A stretch of DNA of 64,000 nucleotides from Epithemia pelagica (GCA_946965045.2 OX337228.1:4650001-4714000), one strand, 5' to 3'; shown: positions 43,045 through 55,656, counted from the stretch's first letter. Notes: generated from the letters alone by a model not told the origin. A program made the numbers and translations.

Positions 43045-44974
43045 TTCCAGTGGACAGACCTCGTGCAATCTCTAAAACCACGTACTTGGGCTATGACTTG
43101 TTGTGATTAGAGTCGTTAAGAAGCGAATTGTCTAGAGGTCCAGTGGTGGGGAGGCCACAATGCCTTTCTAATTTCGCTTTCTTTTCGTCCTGTTTGTTTG
43201 GTTTATCCTTTGCCGCAGCTTCCAATTGCCATCCCAGATTCCAGGATGGCTTGTCTTTGGAAACAGCCAACAAAAACAACACGTGCAAAAGAAGCAAGGC
43301 TTGAAGTTTTGCGGCAGTTTCTTGCCAAGAATGACAAGGATGATGGGTGTGTGTTTTTCGAGAAAGACACGCAGGACGGTGACGTCAACACTACGTCACG
43401 ATCCGAAAGTGAAGCCATCTGCCGACTGCAACACGACATGGGAGAGGCCATTCGCCATTCCCCCAGAATTATTGGAAAAAGTACAGTAAAACGAGAAAAG
43501 TTGAAGTACGATGTTCGCACCCTCTCAAAAGAGCAGCTGTCTTCAACTAGCGACAATAATCATCGACATCGACAATCGACCCATTGGATTCATCGCCATT
43601 ACCGCTACCACCTGTCGGAAGTCGGAAGACCACCCATCATCATCATCATCCATCGATCTATCCAGTCCGCTGTCCACAGATCACAGATGTCTTGTGTGTT
43701 GGTGCCGTGTGAACCAGTACCCGCCGGCCACAGCAGATATGCAGAAAATGCCAGGTCAACAAAACAGTTGTTGGTTTTAGTTGCTTGTCTTTTTATTCGG
43801 AGTGACAAGTATTTGGGTCTTGTCTTTCTTGTTCGGATATAGCATGGCATGCCTTGAGAGCTGGAGCCTGGAGGCCTTGTCGTCGTCAAACGAGAGCGAA
43901 TTGTGCAGCTGCTCCACAAAGCTGTTTGAACTCAACTCGACGACAACAACTGTACTTGACTCATGCAACGCGGTTCTACACAACATCAGTCACATGCACA
44001 TGGACGGAATGGCTCAACGTAGTTTAGACCATACGGCTCCCACTCGTGATGATGCAATCCCAAAGTCAAGATTTTGCGGTGACGTTTGTAGGAGTAGTTG
44101 GTAGTGCAGCTTGCTGCAGAAGATTATTCCATTGGACCGAACATTGTATCGTTCTTTTAGATCTTGGCAGCAGTTCTCTCGCAAGGCCATGGATACGTGC
44201 CTTTCGTGTTAGGTACAAACTATTGGCGGCACTCTATCGTTTGGGCCAACGAATTGCGACAGTTTGGACAGAACGAGAATTATGACTACAGTCAGTTTTC
44301 ATCGCATTCCGATGGGATTGTTCATGCAGACGCATGGTGGACGGAAACGATGGTTCGACGGCGTCCACGGTAGATTTAGGCATGCAAGTTCCTTTTGTAG
44401 ACGCTTTTTGCTTGTCGCCATCGTTCTTGTTGTGGTCGGTTGTCTGTTGTCTCATTTTTGTTGGCATGATATCTTTCTTGAGTCTTGAGCTATGTCTGCT
44501 AGCTAGACTGGAGCTGGACGAGGGTGGAGGAACAGGCTCCAAGGTCCAAGCCTGTCTATCATGGCGGGATCAAAAATGGGCGGGAGTAACCTTTTTGCAA
44601 TAGACAAACCTAGATTCAACGGTCCATCGCGCCGGCTCGGCAACCCAAAATTGTGAGAGTCCACTTTCCTCACTACATAGATTTAGATTTTCGAAATGTG
44701 TGTCATAACAGAAAACAGAGAAAGCAAGCCAAGACACCGATCTACTCGTAATACGATTCTCATTGACGTTGTTGTCGTCTAATCGACGAACCACGAACCG
44801 TTTTGCGAGAATTGATTCCTTCTGCTTTCACCAAGAGAGTAAGAGGACTAGCACGACGACGAAGCTTGGCTCCCGACGATCCAATACCAATAAGTGACCA
44901 CACCGTCCATAGAGCGAAAGAGAGGTGCTTGGAGGAGGTAGCTTTCGTTTGGCGTCTGTTACTTTGTCATCATC

Positions 44975-47900
44975 ATGATGATGATGAGTCCATCGGCGGC
45001 GGCAGCGTCGACGTCGACTTGTTCTCCGTTGATGGAGTTGGATACCTTGTTACAACGCATGGAAGGTCGTTTGCATCGTGCCAAGGAGCAAATGCTGGGA
45101 GGAGGAGAAGCAGACGACGTGGCCAATTCCCAATCGTCGTCGTATGCCAAGTCGTTTTTTGCATTTCGACGAACGCCCGTCAAACCAGAAGCAGGAGAAT
45201 CCAGTAGTAATAGTACTACTACGGGAAATTCGACCCACTTGTCCAATCCTGGAGAGGGACCAGCGAAATCACCGGCGCAGTCCACGAATAGTCCCAAGGC
45301 ACAGTTCATCGTTCTGCCCGAGCAAGAGTCGTTGATTGAAGATTTGCGGCGGATTGCCGAATTGGTGGTCATTGGGGAAAATTATGTAACACGTCAAGAA
45401 AAGAAGAAAGCATTGGCCATTCAGAAACGACAACAGCAAGAAGAACTGGAGATTAGCATTGACGTCCCACCCAAAGAGGAGGAGGAAGAGGAAGAAAATA
45501 AGAAGGACGATGACGAACCTGAACAGTCTCCGGATTTGGCCGATGTCTTTGATTTGTTCTTTGAACGCAATGCACTTGCCACATGGGTTCGGCTTTTGCG
45601 AGGCCGTGGTTTTGATGAGGAGGACGAGGATGGCAACCACATGGAACATGCATCTGTGGCAGACGAACACAAAACAACTACGGAACAGCCTCAAACACCA
45701 CCGCAAAAGTCACAGGCATGCTCATCCTCCCTGTGGTTGCCGCCCTTTGCCGTCGCGACGCAACTGGTCCAATCCATTTCCATTTTGGTACAAAACGTTT
45801 CTCGTGCCACTTCCTTGTACATGCTGTTTTCGAACGATCATATTAACGAGTTGATGAATTTGAATTTGGAATTCTACGAACATGCCGAGCGGTATCGTCG
45901 ACAAACCAGTACGACTCGAACCAACAACAAAAAGACATCTGCGGACTCGATTTTTGCGAGTCCGGAAGTGGCCGAATTGTCGACTCATTTTGTCACCTTT
46001 TTGAAGTCCTTGGCCTTGCGAATGAATACCGAAACGTTGCAATTCTTTTTGCAATATCCACCTCAACCCACCGTCGAGCATTTCGACGACGACCACTACC
46101 AAGACGAAACGGATGCCCACACGTTACGAGTGTCCAAATTCCCTCTCTACGACCGTGCCTTGGAGTTTTGTGCCGCCCATCAGGATTCCTTTGTCCGTGT
46201 CACGGCCATGAATATTTGTCTCAACACCATTCGACTCACGACCGTACAACAACAGGATGATGATGATGAACAACAGCAGCAAGATACTGGCACGACGACA
46301 CCGAGTGCATCCTTACACGATGCACAAGCCTTGCCCTTTCGAGAACGATTGGCCATGGCGCACTATACCTGCACACCCTCTCGAGTAGAACGATTGATTG
46401 CTCCGATTTTTACCAAACTTTCGGAACGATGGACGTTTTTGGATGAAGCCTTGCGAGCCATGGATACGTTTGACGTCGTACAAGGAGGAGGTGGAGATGG
46501 ATTGACGGCAACAACAACGACAGCCAGCAGTCCTTCACTCGCTGGTCCTCGCAACAACAATGAAAAAGTAGCCAAAGTACGAGAAAAAGTGAAGAGAGAA
46601 AAATTGGTTTCCACCTTTCGAGAAGCCTCTGCCAATTTACAAGATGAATTGTTTCTATTGGAAGATGTGTTCAAAGTGGGGTTGACCGTACTCAATGAAC
46701 AAATGATTGAAATGATGCTTGGTACGTTGTTCGTGTTTCGTTTCATTGCCGTGTGAACTGACACCACCACCTTCACTGACCTTCAACGACTTTGATTGTG
46801 CTGTGGTGCTGACGCTTCCTTGGTCGCCCGTTCCACAAAACAGCTACATTTGTATATCCGCTCCTGTTACAGCCGCTCATTTTATTTTCCCAACGATACA
46901 TGTCAACTGTGTTGCAGGGGGATTACAACTCGGCCGCAGCTTCGTCCTTGCATTGTGGTGATACCTTGGACCATCCATTTGGCACGAACAATGCCGTCGA
47001 TCGACGTGACGCTCTTGCCCAATTAACGGCCGTCATGGGACCAGCCAAAACGGCACTTTTTACCATGGCAGCCGCATTTCAATGCTTGACCAATCCGCCC
47101 CTCCTTCGCTTAATGTTTACCGCACTCCTCCATCCGATTTCGCCTGATTCGACAACCGTGCCCACGGTGCGCAGCAATTTGCAGGTGGCCATCATGGATA
47201 TGCATGGAAGGCGAACCATTCGAATGGATGACCACCATCAGGAGGACAATGATAGTACCAATGGTGTCGCTCCGGTCGTTTCCAACACACGAACGTCGTA
47301 TCCATTTGGAAAAGACGACAATCGGGAGGCAAACAAAGTGGGCCACGAAGAAGAAGAATCTTGTGTATTTGTCTTGGCTCCGGCACTGGCCGAAGTGCTT
47401 CAATTTCGTGGACACGATTATGGAATGATGGCCCGGACAAAGCCCAATTCGTACCGCAAAGCTATTCTACAGTGTCTGGAAATAGAACCGTTGGAGTTCA
47501 CATCCGTCCGACTCTTGGCTGTATGTACATTGGACGCAGCAATATCACGTCTGCATCCCCAATTAGCAGCCGATTTGTTGTTGGGAGTGCAGTTCCAGAC
47601 ATTGGCCGATGACATACCCATGGACGAACGAAATCTTGACTCCGTGTATGCGCACCAAGAACATGATCGTGGGTTGGGAGGCGGTGTACAACATGAATCA
47701 CGTCATTCAATTTCTATGCGTAGAGATGTCGTTGGCACAAATTTGGTGTCACAAGTTGTGTCGCCCTTGGTCACTGCCATTGTCACTGCCCGACCAAGTT
47801 GGAACCAGAAAGAATGGGTCTTGACGTATGACGGATTGGCCGCCCACGCTCTTTTACTACTGGCCAAGGGTGGTCCCTCCAGCGCGTTGGTGACGAGCTC

Positions 47901-49155
47901 GAAGGCATTGGAAATTCGACGCAATCAAGCAGCACAATGGATCCCTCAATTGCCCGAAGTAATGCACCGCCCCATGGGTGGTGGACCGGCATCCTACTTT
48001 TTGGTAGGTGCCCCGCATGTCAATGTGCCTGACTACGATTCCCAAATGTACGGTGGCGTCATGAATGCCCTACTGCACGGAATTTCGGCAACAGACAAGG
48101 ACGCCTCTATTGCGCAGTTTTTGAAATTGCTAACCCAGCAACAATCACCACGGGAAGCGGGCAAGGGAAAACGAGAAGAGGGGTTGTCTGTGGAGATCTC
48201 GGTGTGTGGTAGTTTTCAGGACATGACAAAACGGATTTCGGATGTTTTCCTCGGAGGAGAGGCATCCACATCCCCAAGAATGGGCATTCACTCTCCCAAG
48301 CAGCAACAACAACAGCAACAGGGAGGTGTGCGGCGAGACTTGCAGGAACTACGTGAATCCATATCCGTCTTCTTTCGAGTCGACGCCTTAGTGTCGCTGT
48401 TGAAAGATCTTGCTGTCAGTGGTGGTGTCGCTTTGCAGCAAAGTGCCGAGAATGTGGGAATTGCCTTCTCAGAGCATGGTCATTTCGTAAGCACAGTTGA
48501 ATATGAATTCTCCAAAAAGGTCTTTGCTCCAATTTCGCAACGATTGGCCAACGCTTTGCTGTTGACGTCGTCCGACCAGGATAAACGAGGTCTTGTCACT
48601 CCCGGCGCTACATTGCATTTGGCTGGATATCCAGCCATTCCCTGCGTATGTGAAGCTCCTGCATCTCTTTCGCATTTATTTGCCCATCCCGAATCTGGCA
48701 TTGTCGCGCAAGGAGTGACATGGCAAAGTCTATACCTTGTGTTTCAAGAGGGTTGGATGATCTTCGCACAGCCCATTCCAGGCGGAGCCAGCGGCGAAGG
48801 CCGAGTCATTGGTGGTTGTTTGTTGGACCGTACGTTTGTAGATCTAGATGGGACACCGGTGGCCGACCGAGGTGCCTCTCCGGCAAGGCGGCTGTTGTTT
48901 GCCCATGTCAGTCGGGAGGCCACACCACCGCCCTTGTTTTTGTTTGACGAGTGGCCAGCTCAGGACGATGGGAAACGAGCACTTACTCCGCTCACTCTGT
49001 TTGTCAGTCATTTGGATGTCTGGTGTGAGAATGAACGGGCTTGCAATTACGCCTATCAGGTTGCTTCTTCTCAAATTTTTGCCGCTAAAGCCAAACGAGG
49101 ACAAGAGATACGGTCCTTTTTAGCACCCGGCAATCGATATCTCAATCTTGCGTAA
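44975..49155 (+). CDS. CLEC16A/TT9/GOP-1 family protein (FPL domain), intron 46722-46843
   Basis: LRRIAELVVIGE, FDLFFERN, QSISILVQNVS...LYMLFSNDHIN, FLKSLALRMN, FPLY, DSFVRVTAMNICL. The GTACGT...ACAG intron joins the two long ORFs in frame (MMLATFVYPLLLQPL). Confidence 0.85.
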
Positions 49156-49327
49156 AAGTACACTGGCAAAACTGAGACGCCAAACATTCGGAATGGTTAT
49201 AGAAAACACTCACTTCCCATTATTTTCCCCCGGCTAGACGAACCGAAAATAGACTTGCGTTCCCAATCGGTTATATTATTTGTGGTCGTTTCTGTTGCAG
49301 AATGTTTGGGTATACTACCGCCATGTG

Positions 49328-50890
49328 TTATTGGTTTAGTTGGTAGCCAATGTATTCCACAATTTCCAAAATGGGTGGAACATGCTCCATGGCACGTAGA
49401 TAGGCATTTTCCTTTGTTGTGGCAGGACTTGAGGTTGTTGATTGTTGTGGAGTGTCGTTGGTGTGCTGGTCATCAGGATTGGAGACCGAGAAGGCGGAAA
49501 AAAAGGCATGACACGTGGTTTTGAGACGTGTGACCAGTTGTGCCATGGCAAGTGATGTTGTTTGAGAGGACGAGGATTGCGGGGGACAATGGTTACTGAC
49601 GTTTTCACTATTTTGGGTGGGAACAGTAGGAGGAAGAAACACATCCTGGAGCATCTGGTGTTGCACAACCCGAATACAATCGTGGACAGCATCGTCGACC
49701 ATGGGACTTGCCAGAAAATCCCAAATGTGATTGCTATACCATTGACGACGACAAGCTTGGTTATCGTCCATTTCGTTGCTATGCACCTCGTCTTCATCAT
49801 AAACGACACTGGGTGGTTGCACCAGTCGTACCAGACTTCGTGGTGGTGTTGGCAAGCCATTGGAATTTGAAACGGAAGCATACGTATAGGGCGATGACTG
49901 TCGCAACTGTTGGTGAATTTGGTTCAAGAGAGTTTGAAGATGGCCACATGTCCAAGGTGAGTCAGGGCTGTATGCTGGACTGTGAAGAATATGATTGGAA
50001 GGGCAATGATATTGGAGGACATGTTGGACGGTGCGTTGGACCGTAGCGATCAAAGATGGCAATCCCTGTTCAAAAAAGTAGTGATAGGTTTGATCCAAAA
50101 TCCACTCATGGTCCTTATTGAAGCTGTCTTCTTTCGTGTCGTCTTGTGGTGCCTCACTTTTGTCCTGGCAGGAAAGCGATATAAGCATCGAGACTTGTGC
50201 AGTCAAGACGACAAACAACAAGCTTGGTGCATAGAGAGTGAGGACGAATCGTGAAATGCTTTGCACCACAATACTGTTCCACAATTCCTGTTCTTGTTGT
50301 TCTGTCGATTGTGTGCCCGTAGGTGCTGCTAAGTGTGATGGTTGTGGTTGATCCAAATCATCCTTCTTTTCGGCGTGTTCTTGTCGCTTCTGACGTCTCA
50401 AGGCTTGTAGGGCTTGTCGTTGAGGTTGAAAGTCGGTGGCTTGCCAAATCTGACGTTTCACAAGGGAAGAAACAAATCGGTTCAGGATTCGACGTACTTG
50501 GGTACGTCCTTGCCGTATCGTTCGTTGACGAAGATAACGACGGCGAATCATGGCATTGTCGTTGTTGGGCTGAGACGACGACGAAAACGAGCGACCCGTA
50601 CTACCATTCAAGAACGAGGACAAGAACGGAGATGCAGAATCTTGTGCATGGCCATTTTGTTGTTGAAATTGTGTTTGGGCGTCATTGTCGTTCTGGTTGG
50701 GATTCCAAACATGTTGATAGGCCCACGATACGAGTTGGTAAGCGCCATAAACAGCCAGAGCCGTGGTTCCAACGGACAACATGGATCCTCCCATGGAAGA
50801 TTGTGGTTGTGACCGCGACTGTGGTGGTGGTGGTGGTGGTGGCCGCCGCAAAGGTCGTTGTTTACGGTTGCCACTCGATGGTTGTTCCAT
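49328..50890 (-). CDS. PEX3: Peroxin-3-like protein
   Basis: N-terminal TM (GTTALAVYGAYQLVSWAY), basic RRRYLRQR, helix SISRFVLTLYAPSLLFVVLTAQVSML, YFFEQGLPSL. Start MEQPSS at 50890. Confidence 0.6.
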   Translation of the reverse strand: MEQPSSGNRKQRPLRRPPPPPPPQSRSQPQSSMGGSMLSVGTTALAVYGAYQLVSWAYQHVWNPNQNDNDAQTQFQQQNGHAQDSASPFLSSFLNGSTGRSFSSSSQPNNDNAMIRRRYLRQRTIRQGRTQVRRILNRFVSSLVKRQIWQATDFQPQRQALQALRRQKRQEHAEKKDDLDQPQPSHLAAPTGTQSTEQQEQELWNSIVVQSISRFVLTLYAPSLLFVVLTAQVSMLISLSCQDKSEAPQDDTKEDSFNKDHEWILDQTYHYFFEQGLPSLIATVQRTVQHVLQYHCPSNHILHSPAYSPDSPWTCGHLQTLLNQIHQQLRQSSPYTYASVSNSNGLPTPPRSLVRLVQPPSVVYDEDEVHSNEMDDNQACRRQWYSNHIWDFLASPMVDDAVHDCIRVVQHQMLQDVFLPPTVPTQNSENVSNHCPPQSSSSQTTSLAMAQLVTRLKTTCHAFFSAFSVSNPDDQHTNDTPQQSTTSSPATTKENAYLRAMEHVPPILEIVEYIGYQLNQ

Positions 50891-51094
50891 GATTCTTAGG
50901 AGAAGTAACAGCAGCCGCAGGAAGGATGCACAAGAACGAAGGCAACTACGATGTTGTCGGATTTTTCTTTTGGATGTGATAGGTCGATGAGATGAATGAG
51001 CCAGTGAAAAATGTGGGAGAGCCAAATGCAAGGGGGAATGAGGGTCGGTCTTATCGGCGTGAAATTTCACACATTTCACACTTCTGGCCGACGT

Positions 51095-51206
51095 GGCCTG
51101 ACGTTGCCAAGGTGGGTTGTGAAATTTTTGTGAATTTCACACGAGGCAATTTGAGGCCCCCCATTGCAGTTTCACCAAAATTTCACAATTCATCTACGTT
51201 GAGGCC
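51095..51206. repeat. Imperfect inverted repeat
   Basis: ttgtgaaatttttgtgaa pairs with ttcaccaaaatttcacaa; ggcc at both outer ends. Confidence 0.6.
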
Positions 51207-51526
51207 GTTCCTTGATATTCTGCAAAAACAAAAATCGACACATGACATCACCTTTTTGTAGAAAATTGCGCGACACGCCCTCCTTTGGCATTTACAAAAC
51301 CAAAACCTATAACCGCACTTTTTCCCCCAAGGCCCCCAATAGTCCCCATATTCACTTCGATTTTTATAGACTAAAATTATCAAAGTAGGACATTATGAGC
51401 TTCCTCTTCATTGAGGTTAGGGGGACCGTTGGAGTCGAACGCGCGCCGTTCAAATCCTTAACCGTCATTTTTGTTTCTGTAGGGCCCAATGTACACTAGC
51501 AAGAAGAAAGCACTATCCCTAATGTC

Positions 51527-51589
51527 TGTTCAGCTTTTGCCGGCCTGCAAAAGTTGGACCCAACTTTTGCAGCCTCAAAAGCTGAAACA
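51527..51589. repeat. Nested hairpin / inverted repeat
   Basis: ctgcaaaagttgg-ac-ccaacttttgcag enclosed by cagcttttg...caaaagctg. Confidence 0.85.
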
Positions 51590-52301
51590 GCGTCGAACCC
51601 GGATTTGACGCCATATTTCCGGGTATTTTGTGACGTGTCACGCTCCAACTTTTGTTTTTGCAGAATATCAAGGAACGGCCTGACTAGGTGTAATTTTCCC
51701 CACAGTACATTAGGACGTTCTTAACCCCTCCACCCTCCACAGCAATCACACAGCTATTGCCACCATGGAGTCGTCGTCCAGTGCACCTTCAGAAGAGGGC
51801 CATCGCAACAATCAACTCATCGTTTCGGCCGAACAAAACAATCCGGGGCCACGACATGACAATGGCACAAAAAGCAACAATCAACTACTCCCCATCTCTG
51901 GTTCTTTCAGTTCTACAGTTCTACAACAAACACAACGATCAACGCCTTGTTTCGGCCGAACGAGACAATCCTGTGCCGCGACAACGACAACAAACGCAAC
52001 AACCAACTATCAGTGAAACCATCACTTATACCAATGACAACAAGCAGCAGTGGTGGTGACTACATAATATAGGCTTATAATTAGTAGGAGTAAGTCGGTT
52101 GTATGTTTTGCACTTGTATGATTGTTGTTTATTACTCGCACAGGAAGGGTAAGCGCCTCGTCATGGTGAAAAGGTTCATCGGTACGAGGTACGAGTTACG
52201 ACTGCGAAAGACTGAGGTTTTGTGTGAAATCGATTTCACACCTATTGCCATCGATCGGACCCTTGTTTTTCACACCCACGACAGACGATACAAACAACAA
52301 T

Positions 52302-53003
52302 GGGTCCTTACTGAAATGTTTTTATCATAAACATAACATAAAACATAAACACAACGCAAATTTTTGTAGGGCTCATAACCCGCTCATAACCTATTGGTTA
52401 TGTTTAAGTTTATGATTCGTCGCTTGGTTATGAGGCATGAATTCATGCCTCATAACCGTTGTGTTCAAACATAACACAAAACACATCCGAAAAATTCTCA
52501 ACGCATGCCCAACACCGGGCATGCGCATGAAAATGGACACGAGTTCCCCACCAGATTCATGGGACTCTCTTGTTACACTGATGGTACGCTGGGTATGTCA
52601 CTTCCGCTCAAAGCTTGATGAGGAAAGAAGAAGGAAGGAAGAAGGAAGAAGGAAGAAGGAAGAAGGAAGAAGGAAGAAGGAAGGAAGAAGGAAGAAGGAA
52701 GAAGGAAGAAGGAAGAAGGAAGAAGAATCATCAAGCTTGACCATCACACTAGCTAGAACCTCTTTTTTGATGCCAAAGAAAAGCAAGGCAAAAGCATAGA
52801 GATGCGTCGGATTGAGGTGGGGGGAAACTTTGGAGAATTTTTGTGTTCCCGCTGTTATGTTTTATGTTTTGCTATTATGTTTTATGTTTCAAAGAGTTTC
52901 AGTGGCATGAGCAGTCATAAACATAAACATAACATAACGAGGCAAAAACTTTGTGTTTATGTTTTATGTTATGTTTATGATAGAAACATTTCAGTAAAGA
53001 CCC
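52302..53003. mobile_element. Non-autonomous TIR DNA transposon (MITE), 702 bp, AAT target duplication
   Basis: TIRs of about 53 bp with 2 mismatches (GGGTC[C/T]TTACTGAAATGTTT[T/C]TATCATAAACATAACATAAAACATAAACACAA). AAT at 52299-52301 and 53004-53006. No transposase. Confidence 0.9.
52620..52727 (+). repeat. (GGAAGAA)n purine-only tract
   Basis: 108 consecutive purines, mostly 7-bp units. Confidence 0.95.
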
Positions 53004-53227
53004 AATAGCTGCGACATTTGGAAGCTGGATTTGTGTGAAATGAGTGAAATATCACGCTCGATAAGACCGACCCTGAGGAGTGATGAGGGGGGAGCCAAAC
53101 TGCCATCTGGCATTCCGGACGTCGTACAGAAAATCTACCATGGCTATGTGGTGGGTGGCGGTATCTTGAGGAGATAGGGACAAAATTCTTCAATTCCATT
53201 CTTCGTGGTCTTCTTGCTCACAGAACC

Positions 53228-55525
53228 ATGACAATGATGATGACGGTTCTATGTCTTCGTCATGGTCTTGTTGAACAAAGAAAACTACAACGAGGAGAGT
53301 CATTCGTATCTCAATCATTCCAAAACACTCGTCCAAAGCACCAAAAGCAGCAGCAACCTATCGAGCTCTCGTGGATGAACCGCTGGTGGAACAAAGTGAT
53401 TGCCATACTTTGGATCCTATGGGCTACTGGAGGAGTTGGGGGACGCGGGACAAGAATGGCGAGAACAAGTGCATGTGCTGGTTTGGCGGTCTCCTTGTTC
53501 ATGGTGACCACGGCCGCCGATACGGTGCCACCTGTACCAGACGCAGTGGACGAAGAAAACATTTTAGATCTAGATATACAACAAGCAACCAATGCAGAAG
53601 CATCATCTCCCCATGACCAAGACCAGAGGGATGAAACAGAATCTTTCAACGGCAAAAATGAGGAGAAACCTCCTGTATTGGTCGATGACACACGTTCTTC
53701 CCAAGGACAACCTCCACCGGTCGGTCAGGACACTATCGACAACCATGAAGAAGAAGAGATGGTAGAGGAGAAAGAACAAACACCAAAACCATTACTTGAT
53801 TCTCGTACGATGGAGGACGGTGACAGGGTCAGTGAGGATGTCAAGGAATCCACCGAACCAGAACAAGAACAAAGAGAAACTTTCAAAGAGGAAGGCACTG
53901 AGACGGCACCTGCTACATTTGTTCAACCAGACCAGGAAACAGATTCATCAGGTATTCTCACAGTCAATGGTGGAGATCCAGACGAGACGGAAACTCCCGA
54001 CATGCTTTCCGAATCCTTGGAAAAGGACCAGGTACCCTCCCCCACAGCGACCGACGACGTTGAGAGAGAACCAACAACAGAACAAGGGTGGGACATACCC
54101 ACGGTCGACCACAAGGATCACCTAGACGAGGACCATGAAACAAAGGAAGCCATGGTCGCCGCTTCCGAACAGATAAATGATGACGAAGCGGTCGAAAACA
54201 ACCAAGAAGATGTTGCTGAAACCAGTAATAGCACCAACCATTATTGGAACGAGTCCACAAAAGACGGTGAGAATGAGGATGACGAGGGCCTCGAGGAGAC
54301 TTCGGATGCCGCCACTCGTCCGACAAGCACGACAATCCTGACCACCTATCAAGAAACCGATGAACCCTCGGCCAATGTCGTAGTAGAGTCAGCACCGCCC
54401 ACCTCATCCACCAAACCGCAAGATGAGAACGAAAAAGGCGACGACGAAGAAGCACAAGACAAAGACAACGAAAATGGTCAACACGCTCAAGAACACGATA
54501 CGCCACCTGTTTGGAATGAGACGGCCACAATGTCTTCTACGGCCACAAACAATACAAGAACGCTGTCTCTGGACCCTCCTAGCCCAAACGAAACAGATCC
54601 TGCTTCGATCACGAGAGCAGCTACAGAGAATACCACCAAGTACGAGGATCCCGATGCTCTTTCGAATACTACCGGAGACAATGGTCCTTCGTGTTACTAC
54701 TGTGGTACTATATGGGGTAAAAGTCGTACCAACCCACCGGGTACCAATTGGACATCGCTGCGACTGTTATGGGAAGAAGAATCATGTCCTCAGCCCACAC
54801 CACCATTACGTCAAAATCAGAAGGACACGAGTGACGGACGAAATGTAGATTCGACTATGGATGACCTAAAAAACCAAGAAACTAATCCCTCTGGCAAGCC
54901 AAATACATCTGAAGAACAACTACACAGTAAACCCATGAATAAGGAAGTGGAAGAAACGGGCAAGGGATCGGATTCTACCGTGGATCAAGGTGCACGTCCA
55001 TCGTACTCGTCGGCCAATTCTGATTTTGTGGAGGGGTTGGATGATATACACAAATTTTTTGAGGATGTGGATCCTCCGGACGAATTGGATATTGGTGCCG
55101 GTGGTTCCTCCATTCAAGAAGTTCTCATGGGACAAGGGAGTCAAATTGTACGCAAACGCATCCTCTTGGCCTTGCAACATGCACGGACCGTCTTGGTCCA
55201 ATACTTTCAACGGTTGTCGCAGACGCTGGTCGTTCAGGTACGCCACTTACGAGAGGAGTGGGATTGGGAGACGGTCCATGAATGGATCACCACGCGAATA
55301 CAAGACGTTGCTCAGGTTTCGTATCAAACCATTCGACGCATTCTCAATGGCGACTTTTTCATGGATGATTTGGATGATGACCATCTGTTTGGTGATGACG
55401 ATCCCGACAATGAAGGATATGCCACATTGAACTATCAGCAAGAACAGCAGCAGCAACAACAGCAACAACCGTTTACCGATCCGGACGAAGCCATTCGAAG
55501 ATTAGTCGATCGAAGTCTCGGATGA
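53228..55525 (+). CDS. Acidic low-complexity secreted or membrane protein of unknown function
   Basis: 765-aa ORF with a hydrophobic N-terminal segment (AGLAVSLFMVTTAA), a D/E/T-rich body and a more ordered C-terminus (FVEGLDDIHKFFEDVDPPDELD). Start uncertain. Confidence 0.65.
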   Translation: MTMMMTVLCLRHGLVEQRKLQRGESFVSQSFQNTRPKHQKQQQPIELSWMNRWWNKVIAILWILWATGGVGGRGTRMARTSACAGLAVSLFMVTTAADTVPPVPDAVDEENILDLDIQQATNAEASSPHDQDQRDETESFNGKNEEKPPVLVDDTRSSQGQPPPVGQDTIDNHEEEEMVEEKEQTPKPLLDSRTMEDGDRVSEDVKESTEPEQEQRETFKEEGTETAPATFVQPDQETDSSGILTVNGGDPDETETPDMLSESLEKDQVPSPTATDDVEREPTTEQGWDIPTVDHKDHLDEDHETKEAMVAASEQINDDEAVENNQEDVAETSNSTNHYWNESTKDGENEDDEGLEETSDAATRPTSTTILTTYQETDEPSANVVVESAPPTSSTKPQDENEKGDDEEAQDKDNENGQHAQEHDTPPVWNETATMSSTATNNTRTLSLDPPSPNETDPASITRAATENTTKYEDPDALSNTTGDNGPSCYYCGTIWGKSRTNPPGTNWTSLRLLWEEESCPQPTPPLRQNQKDTSDGRNVDSTMDDLKNQETNPSGKPNTSEEQLHSKPMNKEVEETGKGSDSTVDQGARPSYSSANSDFVEGLDDIHKFFEDVDPPDELDIGAGGSSIQEVLMGQGSQIVRKRILLALQHARTVLVQYFQRLSQTLVVQVRHLREEWDWETVHEWITTRIQDVAQVSYQTIRRILNGDFFMDDLDDDHLFGDDDPDNEGYATLNYQQEQQQQQQQQPFTDPDEAIRRLVDRSLG

Positions 55526-55656
55526 TAACTTGCAACGCTATGGTTATATTGTAGTTGCCCTCTGTATGTACCACATTTGGATCCTTTCTCTTTCTAAAAG
55601 TGGTAGCCATGGTTCTTCCCCGATAAATGTTGCATGGATCAAGTAGAAGAGAGAAT

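Noticed and set aside
52437-52799. ORF with RRKKEEG repeats
   Set aside because: Translation of the (GGAAGAA)n tract inside the MITE.
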